Below, one piece after another: positions 1 through 7,523 of a stretch of DNA of 64,000 nt (the stretch's first letter is position 1; each line of letters opens with the position of its first letter). The notes beneath the pieces are model-generated. The model was not told the origin of the DNA and did no database searches. It saw only the letters and a program-made list of their open reading frames with translations. The stretch is from Candidatus Poribacteria bacterium (GTDB taxonomy: Bacteria; Poribacteria; WGA-4E; WGA-3G). The translations under genes and the position numbers were made by a program. Where the stretch lies: positions 3,840,001-3,904,000 of the forward strand of contig CAXXLX010000001.1 in assembly GCA_963665235.2 (NCBI GenBank), in the 5' to 3' direction.

Positions 1-69
1 CGAATGAAGCTGTAAACCCAACCGCAACGGGCGGGCTGGATGGACGAAAATGAACGTTTTACCTACTTA

Positions 70-249
70 TACCATTTTTATTAATTATTCTATCATTACC
101 GGTTGTTAGAAATCAAACGGAGAACGGAAGACCCAAACTAAAAGTTTATGCTACAAGAAAGCACACAAACTGGAAGTTTATGCTACAAAAAACAACACAA
201 ACTGGAAGTTTATGCTACAAGAAAGAGACATTTTCAATTAGAAATGGTA
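70..249 (+). mobile_element. MITE-like element family A, copy 1 (3 REP-like units)
   Basis: TIR TACCATTT..AAATGGTA with TTA on both sides (67-69, 250-252). Conserved body shared with 19947, 37283 and 39520. Internal CACAAACTGGAAGTTTATGCTAC units. Confidence 0.8.
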
Positions 250-287
250 TTATATCCTCACCGAACCGCAAGGAAAAAATCAATTTC

Positions 288-316
288 TTGACAAGTAACG
301 GTAAATATGGTATCAT
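288..316 (+). promoter_or_regulatory. sigma70-type promoter for the HD-selD-pyrE-ymdB cluster
   Basis: TTGACA(288-293)-17 bp-TATCAT(311-316), with TG upstream of the -10. Confidence 0.7.
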
Positions 317-366
317 TTTCTAATGTCTTAAGTCATTAAAAAAAGTAGAAGAGACGAGTTGAAGCC

Positions 367-981
367 ATGACACAGGTATTATTTAACGGGAAAAGCCGGA
401 TTGAATCGGCACTTGAAGTTGCCGCGGAGGCACATCACGGACAATTTCGGAAGGGCACCGACACGCCCTATATTACGCATCCGTATGCGGTTGGGTTGCT
501 GCTAATGGAGGCGGGATGCAAGGAAACGGTGATTATTGCCGGGCTCCTGCACGATACAGTGGAAGACACCGACCTGACATTGGAATTTATTCGGGAACAC
601 TTCGGTGAACAGGTGGCAGCGATTGTCGATGGCTGCTCTGAAAATAAGGCATTAAAATGGCGGGCACGGAAAACCGAGCGTATTGAAGCACTAGCAACAG
701 CAAGCCCGGAGGTATGCCTTGTAACCTGTGCGGATAAACTTCATAACCTACGGACAGTGATTTCAGAGCATCAGGTCATCGGCGATGCCGTGTGGGAACG
801 TTTTCACGGCGGTATTGAAGCACAGGCGTGGTATTATGAAGCGATCGTAGAAAGTTTGCATAAACAGATAGAATGTGATAAAATAGGTAAAGATAACAAC
901 GTCGTTCACGGACAATTTAATCCAATTTTCCAGGCACTACAACGTGCTGTGGCATATCTATTTGAGGATATAACATCCTGA
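367..981 (+). CDS. HD-domain hydrolase, RelA/SpoT (Mesh1/small alarmone hydrolase-like)
   Basis: Motifs H.GQFRK, PYITHP, LLHDTVEDT and ADKLHN typical of (p)ppGpp hydrolase HD domains. Confidence 0.85.
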   Translation: MTQVLFNGKSRIESALEVAAEAHHGQFRKGTDTPYITHPYAVGLLLMEAGCKETVIIAGLLHDTVEDTDLTLEFIREHFGEQVAAIVDGCSENKALKWRARKTERIEALATASPEVCLVTCADKLHNLRTVISEHQVIGDAVWERFHGGIEAQAWYYEAIVESLHKQIECDKIGKDNNVVHGQFNPIFQALQRAVAYLFEDITS

Positions 982-996
982 AAGAAAACAGACATT

Positions 997-2043
997 ATGA
1001 CACAAAAGAAAATTCGACTCACTGCAACAGTAAAATGTGCAGGGTGAGCGTCAAAATTAGCTCCGGGGGAGCTCTCACAAGTTTTAAGCAACATTCCGCC
1101 ATCGACGGATGCGAATCTACTTGTCGGCACTGAAACATCTGACGATGCAGGAATTTACCGGATTTCGGATGACCTTGCCCTCGTCAACACGGTGGACTAC
1201 TTTACGCCCATTGTGGATGACCCGTTCACATTTGGTGCAATTGCTGCGACGAACGCATTGAGCGATGTCTACAGCATGGGTGGCGTTCCGAAAACAGCAC
1301 TGAACATCGCCTGTTGGCCAAAAGAGGCACTTGACTTATGGATACTCGGCGATATCGTTAAAGGGGGTGTCGAAAAGGTCATTGAATCAGGGGCAGCTCT
1401 TGTTGGGGGGCATACAGTGGAGTCACCGGAGCTGATGTACGGTCTTGCGGTGACAGGAGTCGTGCATCCGGAAAAATTTGTAAAAAATTACGGCGCGCGG
1501 CCGGGGGACGTGCTCATTTTAACCAAAAACCTCGGTATCGGTATCCTAACGACAGGCTTGAAGTTCAACAAAATCGGTGAGTCGATATTACCGATGGTGG
1601 TAGAATCCATGACGCGTCTCAATGCGTCCGCATCGGAAGTGATGCTGAAATACGACGCGAATGCTTGCACCGATGTAACAGGATACGGTTTGCTTGGGCA
1701 CGGATTAGAGATGGCGGAAGGCAATGACGTTGGATTGAAAATTAATAGCGGTGCTGTGCCTTACTTTGCGGATGCCCCGGCACTTGTTAGGAAAAAAACC
1801 TATACACAAGCCTATCTTGCCAATACGTCATTTCTTGCAGAGAAGGTGACGTTCCGCTCCGGGGTTTCGGAGGAGATGCAACATATTTTGATGGAGGCGG
1901 AAACGTCGGGCGGTCTGTTATTTGCCTTGCCAGCGGAGAACGCTGACGCAGCTGTGGCAGAACTCCACGCCCGTGATTGCCCAGAAGCTGCCGTTATCGG
2001 TGAAGTTGTAACCGCAGATGCTGCGCATATTGAGGTGTACTAA
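997..2043 (+). CDS. selD: Selenide, water dikinase (selenophosphate synthetase), selenocysteine-containing
   Basis: ATG at 997 is in frame with the 1192 ORF. It reads MTQKKIRLTATVKCAG-UGA(1045-47)-ASKL, then DDAG, DYFTP, GGHT, DVTGYGLLGH and ETSGGLL. Confidence 0.93.
1059..1073 (+). promoter_or_regulatory. Putative bacterial SECIS hairpin
   Basis: AGCTC-CGGGG-GAGCT stem with G-rich loop, starting 11 nt after the in-frame UGA. Confidence 0.6.
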
Positions 2044-2105
2044 ATGTTTCGTAACCTTCTTTTTAATGCCTAACATATACATGTTTTCTTAAGGGCGGAG
2101 GTGTC

Positions 2106-2642
2106 ATGATTCAAAAAATGGAATTAGCGAAACAGATTTGTGAAACGTCCTATCTCACGGGGGAATTCAGGCTCCGCTCTGGAAAGATGAGTACTTTTTA
2201 TTGGGATAAATACCGGTTTGAGAGCAATCCTGTCCTATTATCTGCTATAGCGAAGGAGATGGCGAAGTTGTTACCAGCGGAATTTGACGGTCTCGCCGGG
2301 CTGGAGCTAGGCGGGGTGCCGTTAGCCACTGCTGTCTCGTTGCACACTGGGTATCCATGTTTCTATGTCCGAAAGACAGCGAAAGATTACGGTACCTGTA
2401 ACCTGATAGAGGGCGGCGTTGAAAAGGGGAGTACTGTTGTTGTTATAGAGGATGTAATTACCACTGCAGGGCAGGTCTGTACGTCCATTGAACAGATACG
2501 TGCAGCGGGCTTAATTGTTGAGCACGTCATTGCAGTAATCGAGCGGGAGGCGGGTGGCGAGACAAAAATTAAGGAAGTTGGGTGTTCACTAAGTTCAGTT
2601 TTCACACTAGCAGAGTTAGAAAAAGCAGCGTCTCGGTTATAG
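2106..2642 (+). CDS. pyrE: Orotate phosphoribosyltransferase
   Basis: GEFRLRSGK.S..Y.D, VRK..KDYG, PRPP motif VVVIEDVITTAG. Confidence 0.9.
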   Translation: MIQKMELAKQICETSYLTGEFRLRSGKMSTFYWDKYRFESNPVLLSAIAKEMAKLLPAEFDGLAGLELGGVPLATAVSLHTGYPCFYVRKTAKDYGTCNLIEGGVEKGSTVVVIEDVITTAGQVCTSIEQIRAAGLIVEHVIAVIEREAGGETKIKEVGCSLSSVFTLAELEKAASRL

Positions 2643-2661
2643 AGCCGGCGGAAAGGGGAAA

Positions 2662-3438
2662 ATGAAGATTTTATTTATCGGAGACATTGTCGGCAATCCA
2701 GGGAAGAACGCGACAGTCGAGTTTCTAGAAAATTATGACAAATCCGCTGATTTTATCGTTGTTAACGGCGAAAATATGGCAGATGGAAAAGGGTTAAAGT
2801 TTGCAATCGTAGACCTGTTGTTAGCATCCGGTGTTTCCGCGATTACAACGGGGAATCACGTTTGGGATAAGAAGGAAATTTTAGACTTTATTGAGACAAC
2901 ACCTCAGTTGATTCGACCCGCGAACTATCCCGGGAAGGTGCCGGGGCGCGGTTTTACCGTGGTATCATCAAAGGATAGCGAAACGAAACTTGGGGTTGTC
3001 AACCTCGCTGGACAAGTCTTCATGGGTATGTACGAGAATCCGTTTCATGCGTTGGACGCAATTTTACCGGAGGTGAAAGCGGAAACGCCTTATATCCTAC
3101 TGGATTTCCACGCGGAGGCGACATCGGAAAAAATAGCGATGGGCTGGCATGCCGATGGCAGGGTGAGCGCGGTTATCGGAACGCACACACATGTCCAGAC
3201 AGCAGATGAACGCGTGCTGCCCCAGGGCACCGCTTACATTACGGATGTCGGGATGACAGGCCCCTACGATTCAGTTATCGGCGGCAGAATAGAGCATGTC
3301 CTGAAACGATTTTTGACGATGATGCCTTCCCGTTTCGGCGTTGCACAAGATAATGTCAAGCTCTGTGCAGTTGAGATTGAACTAGACGCTGAAACAGGTT
3401 TAGCAGTCAGCATCGAACGACTTCAATATCAGTTTTAA
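2662..3438 (+). CDS. ymdB: YmdB-like metallophosphoesterase (TIGR00282 family)
   Basis: GDIVG, NGEN, TTGNHVWD, RPANYP, DFHAEATSEK, GTHTHVQTAD, TDVGMTG. Confidence 0.92.
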   Translation: MKILFIGDIVGNPGKNATVEFLENYDKSADFIVVNGENMADGKGLKFAIVDLLLASGVSAITTGNHVWDKKEILDFIETTPQLIRPANYPGKVPGRGFTVVSSKDSETKLGVVNLAGQVFMGMYENPFHALDAILPEVKAETPYILLDFHAEATSEKIAMGWHADGRVSAVIGTHTHVQTADERVLPQGTAYITDVGMTGPYDSVIGGRIEHVLKRFLTMMPSRFGVAQDNVKLCAVEIELDAETGLAVSIERLQYQF

Positions 3439-3440
3439 TT

Positions 3441-3588
3441 GTGGAAGGGTGGAAGGGTGGAAGCGTGGAAGGGTGGAAGCGTGGAAGGGTGGAAGCGTGG
3501 AAGCGTGGAAGAATGGAAATGTGGAAGGGTGGAAGAATGGAAACGTGGAAGGGTGGAAACGTGGAAGGGTGGAAGCGTGGAAGGGTGG
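3441..3588 (+). repeat. Octamer short tandem repeat (GTGGAAGG-type, about 18 units)
   Basis: Directly visible 8-bp periodicity starting 2 bp after the ymdB stop. Confidence 0.95.
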
Positions 3589-3705
3589 ATTTCGCGTGTG
3601 TATTGTCTGAATCGCGGATTAGCGCAGAGGACACGGAGGACGCGGAGTGTCCGGTGCGGAACAATCTCTTTGGCGATTAGCGCATTGACGATTGGCAATT
3701 GGAAA
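3575..3705 (+). repeat. Dispersed composite STR element (8-mer + 9-mer + 7-mer), inverted homologue at 37563-37702
   Basis: GGATTTCGC..GAATCGCGGAT..ACACGGAG.ACGCGGAGTGTCCG.TGCG.AACAATCTCTTTGGC matches the reverse complement of 37563-37702. Confidence 0.8.
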
Positions 3706-3786
3706 CCAGATGTTGTGATTCTAAAAAGAAATCTGAAGCACTGCAGTTTATTTCTCTTGCTAACGGTTTCCATAAGGTTTCCATAA

Positions 3787-3866
3787 TTCTATAAACATAT
3801 CGCCCCGATGGGGCTAGGTTGTGGGCTGGTTGCGTTTGCTATAAACATTCCGCCCCGATGAGGCTG
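3787..3866 (+). repeat. Two units of the CTATAAA..CGCCCCGATGGGGCT palindromic repeat
   Basis: Same unit as the array at 36520-36960. Confidence 0.8.
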
Positions 3867-3947
3867 TGCTTCGGCAGGAGGAGCGGGAAACCGGTTTCCC
3901 GAATACTGAACCTATTTTCTACAAGTTGTCCTTGTGTAAGGAACTTT

Positions 3948-4562
3948 TAAGCCCGAACAACGTGAAGGGCTGGATATATGGCTCATTGGCGATTAGCAAT
4001 TGGCGATTGGCAATTAGCAAGAGGTTTTGAAGATAAACAGGTTTCTGATGTGCTTCAGAGCCCGATTCCTCAAAGAAAGTGGACGGGCTGGATATGGAGA
4101 CGAAAAACCTGTCTAATTTGTGTCCAACACACCCGTAAGCCCGAACAACGTGAAGGGCTGGATATATGGCTCATTGGCGATTAGCAATTGGCGATTGGCA
4201 ATTAGCAAGAGGTTTTGAAGATAAACAGGTTTCTGATGTGCTTCAGAGCCCGATTCCTCAAAGAAAGTAGACGGGCTGGATATGGAGACGAAAAACCTGT
4301 CTAATTTGTGTCCAACACACCCGTAAGCCCGAACAACGTGAAGGGCTGGATATATGGCTCATTGGCGATTAGCAATTGGCGATTGGCAATTAGCAAGAGG
4401 TTTTGAAGATAAACAGGTTTCTGATGTGCTTCAGAGCCCGATTCAAAGAAAGTAGACGGGCTCAAAGAAAGTAGACGGGCTGGATATGGAGACGAAAAAC
4501 CTGTCTAATTTGTGTCCAACACACCCGTAAGCCCGAACAACGTGAAGGGCTGGATATATGGC
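3948..4562 (+). repeat. Tandem repeat with 188-bp unit, about 3.2 copies
   Basis: GCCCGAACAACGTGAAGGGCTGG recurs at 3951, 4139, 4327 and 4531. Each unit has two AGCCC..GGGCT hairpins and a heptamer tract. Confidence 0.92.
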
Positions 4563-4642
4563 GAGGCGGGTGGTTTATGAGACCTGCCTTATCAAACCGC
4601 AAGGAAATCTTAAAAATATCAAACCGCAAGGAAATATCAAAG

Positions 4643-5866
4643 ATGCAGATTGAGTTTTCAATGCCTGAGCCTGTTCTCAGTGTGAGTGAAATAACGTCGA
4701 CTTTGGTGAAGGTGATACAGGGTGCGCCCGAGCTGAAGGAGGTATCAGTACAGGGGCAAATTTCCGATCTGGGGCAACCTAAGTCTGGGATTATCTATTT
4801 CAGACTCAAAGATGCGAAGAGCCAGATTAGGTGTGTTATGTTTCGGCAGAATGTTATCAGACTTCAATTTGTGCCGGACAATGGCGATGAGGTGCTGGTA
4901 AAAGGCACAGTTGCTATCTATGCCGCGAATGGCGAATACCAGATTCGGGTCCGGACGATGGAGCCGCGCGGAATCGGTGCCCTGCAAATTGCGTTTGAAG
5001 CATTGAAGCAGAAACTGGCGGCGGAGGGGTTATTTGACACAAGCTATAAAAAACCGTTACCGGGATTTCCGCGTAAAATCGGGGTGATTACTTCTGACAC
5101 AGGTGCGGTTATACAAGATATGCGTCAACAGCTCCAAAAGCGGTACCCACTAGCGGAACTTCTGCTCTATCCAACATCTGTCCAAGGTGCCGATGCCGCG
5201 AGGCAAATTGCCCATGCTATTGGTGAGATGAACAAGAGAACAGACCTTGACGTTTTAATTGTCGGCCGTGGCGGCGGTTCGATTGAAGACCTTTGGTCAT
5301 TTAACGAAGAGGCGGTCGCGCGTGCTATTTTTGCTTCCAAGATTCCTGTGATATCAGCCGTTGGACATGAAACAGATTTCACGATTTCAGATATGGTTGC
5401 TGACCACCGCGCGCCAACGCCCTCTACTGCAATAGAAAATCTGGTGCCGGACCGGGTGGAGCTCCTGGCACAGTTAGAATCGCTTGAAACGCGCCTTCAG
5501 CGAAATATCACGTTTCGACTTCAAACGCAGCATACGAATGTTGCAGCATTAGAAGCGCAGCTGTCGCTTACGAGACGAAAGGATGCTATTTACCAGCTGT
5601 ATCAATTGGTTGATGGATTAGAAAATGCCTGTCAAAAGGCGATGAACCATAGAATAGAGACAGCGAAAAATGAATTACAAGCTGTTGCAGGAAAGCTAGA
5701 CGGGTTAAGCCCACTAAACACCTTAAAGCGCGGGTATAGCATTAGCAAAAATAGTGCGGGGGATATTATAACGTCCAGCCAACAGGTAGAGGTAGGAGAA
5801 CAGCTCAGTATCGACCTTTCTGATGGACGACTTGCTTGCACAGTTAATGAACGTTTTGAATCATGA
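4643..5866 (+). CDS. xseA: Exodeoxyribonuclease VII large subunit
   Basis: SG.IYF.LKD, GVITS.TGA, VQG, GRGGGSIEDLWSFNEE, SAVGHETDFT, PTPS, LKRGYS. Start may be 4643 or 4661. Confidence 0.95.
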   Translation: MQIEFSMPEPVLSVSEITSTLVKVIQGAPELKEVSVQGQISDLGQPKSGIIYFRLKDAKSQIRCVMFRQNVIRLQFVPDNGDEVLVKGTVAIYAANGEYQIRVRTMEPRGIGALQIAFEALKQKLAAEGLFDTSYKKPLPGFPRKIGVITSDTGAVIQDMRQQLQKRYPLAELLLYPTSVQGADAARQIAHAIGEMNKRTDLDVLIVGRGGGSIEDLWSFNEEAVARAIFASKIPVISAVGHETDFTISDMVADHRAPTPSTAIENLVPDRVELLAQLESLETRLQRNITFRLQTQHTNVAALEAQLSLTRRKDAIYQLYQLVDGLENACQKAMNHRIETAKNELQAVAGKLDGLSPLNTLKRGYSISKNSAGDIITSSQQVEVGEQLSIDLSDGRLACTVNERFES

Positions 5867-5973
5867 TAGACGGTTAACAAATTTGTAAACCCAACCAGCG
5901 GGCGGACTGGATATACGGAAGCGTTTGTGTCTTTTGCTTATGTCCGGAACGAACCGCAAGGAAAAATTAAAAT

Positions 5974-6210
5974 TTGACCTTTGAAGAGAAGTTAGAGCGA
6001 TTAAAAGAACTTGTTGAAAAGTTAGAGTCGGGAGATGCATTAGAATTAGATGCGTCGCTGGCCCTCTTTGAGGAGAGCATCGGCTTGGTGCGCTCATGCA
6101 GAACATACCTCGAAGCGGCTGAGGTTCGAGTGCAAAACGTGTCGGAACAGGTAGATAGTGCTGAAGTTTCGGGGCCCGTGCCTTCTGATAACGGTAACAA
6201 AAGCGAATAA
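5974..6210 (+). CDS. xseB: Exodeoxyribonuclease VII small subunit
   Basis: TFEEKLERL..LV.KLESG...L..SL.LFEE...L...C..YL..AE; TTG start; downstream of xseA. Confidence 0.9.
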   Translation: MTFEEKLERLKELVEKLESGDALELDASLALFEESIGLVRSCRTYLEAAEVRVQNVSEQVDSAEVSGPVPSDNGNKSE

Positions 6211-6211
6211 T

Positions 6212-6359
6212 AACCTAAGTTGCCACCTATAACTTTTTAGACTTGGGAACGCCGCTTTTAGTCAAAAAATGCTGTTAATTGGACCGTGAACTTCCTAGTT
6301 CGCGCCCTTATGGAAGACCCAAACTAGGAAGTTTGTGCTACTATGTGTCAACTTGCGTT
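6212..6359. mobile_element. MITE-like element family B, copy 1 (divergent)
   Basis: TIR AACCTAAGTTG..CAACTTGCGTT; ATAAT duplicated (6207-11, 6360-64); contains a CAAACTAGGAAGTTTGTGCTAC REP-like unit. Confidence 0.72.
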
Positions 6360-6435
6360 ATAATATCCATTGAGAGAACTCCTTTTGCTCAATTATTTAT
6401 CGAACTCACGTCAATACCCATTGGAGGTATCCTTC

Positions 6436-7332
6436 ATGTTGAGAAAAGTTTCGACCGCTTTAGCATTACTGCTCGCCTTTAGTTTCGGTGCATCCCTGAT
6501 GGGCGATGAATCGGTACAAACATATTTTCCAAGCACGCTCGGCAGCTATTGGGTTTACGAAGACCAAGATGGCAACGAACTAACACGCACCGCCATTGAA
6601 GGCGAAGAAATCGCAGGTGAGACGTATCACGCGTTCAGTTATGAACCGGCATTAGAGGATTGGATAAATTATAATCCTTTTATCGCACCTTCTCTCTATC
6701 AAATCAGTGATACAGGAATCACATTCCTTGTCGGCGATGAGGTAGAAAAGGCACTCAAAACCCGTCTTACCAATGAGATCAATATCTACAATGAATCAGC
6801 CAAAAATTTGCTGCCTCCCGGCGTGGAAATTGATATTACATTTGATGTTGAGGGAGAAGGACAAGAACATTTATACCTCCTCCCCGATAGTATTGTTGCT
6901 AATGAGGAATGGGACGCAAATCAGATTGAAGCGAAGATTAAGATGAAAATTTCCGGTGAAAATATTTCAGGACCGGAAGAAATAACACTCAATTTTTCCA
7001 TTTTTGAGACAGGCATCGTCCAGGGAACAGAAGCAGTTGAAACGTCTGCCGGAACGTTTGAAGCGTGTCTGAAGGTTGAATATCGCACAGAAATAACTAC
7101 AGTGATAAATCCTGAGCCACCACCTGATGCACTGTCCACACCGGGCGAAACCGTAACAACATTGTGGTTTGCCCCCAATGTTGGCATCGTGAAGTTACAT
7201 CAAGAAGCACACCCCCTATTTTTAGGAATAATTCCTGAGGCGGAGGAGCTTGGAATATCGCGTGAACCCAAAATCAAAACGTTTGAATTAAAAAAATACG
7301 AAATCAAATCGGATGCGCCGGAGGCTGAATAA
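6436..7332 (+). CDS. Secreted hypothetical protein
   Basis: GGAGG RBS, signal-peptide-like N-terminus, YFP...GSYWVY, ET.AGTF..C.KV, WFAPNVGIVK (motifs seen in uncharacterised exported beta-rich proteins). Confidence 0.75.
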   Translation: MLRKVSTALALLLAFSFGASLMGDESVQTYFPSTLGSYWVYEDQDGNELTRTAIEGEEIAGETYHAFSYEPALEDWINYNPFIAPSLYQISDTGITFLVGDEVEKALKTRLTNEINIYNESAKNLLPPGVEIDITFDVEGEGQEHLYLLPDSIVANEEWDANQIEAKIKMKISGENISGPEEITLNFSIFETGIVQGTEAVETSAGTFEACLKVEYRTEITTVINPEPPPDALSTPGETVTTLWFAPNVGIVKLHQEAHPLFLGIIPEAEELGISREPKIKTFELKKYEIKSDAPEAE

Positions 7333-7523
7333 GCACTTTTTCCATCTATCGTCTTAGAGAGCTACGCGCAAACGAAAATCTGCTCCGACTGGTCCGAGAA
7401 ACCGGTGGGGCATCGTTGAAGCGGGGGAAGAGCAAAAAGCCCCGACACTTGCGTTGCTGGTTAAAGGATGGTGGCGCATTCGGCAAAGGACATCTCCGCT
7501 TTTCACGGGAATGGAGAATATGG

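Noticed and set aside
1045-1047. selD as a nonsense pseudogene or starting at 1192
   Set aside because: The TGA falls at the catalytic Cys/Sec position and is followed by a SECIS-like hairpin; the upstream frame is conserved SelD sequence.
3407-3786. Overlapping ORFs (WKGGRVE / PFHPST repeats)
   Set aside because: Translations of the octamer repeat, open in several frames on both strands.
3978-4184. 68-aa ORF in the 188-bp repeat
   Set aside because: Repeat-derived; the unit length is not a multiple of 3 and there is no RBS.
7345-7515. Firm SAM-I, ykkC or TPP riboswitch call
   Set aside because: Only fragments resemble the consensus; TAGGGTTCCG, GCAACC and CTGAGA hallmarks are missing. Kept only as a low-interest candidate.
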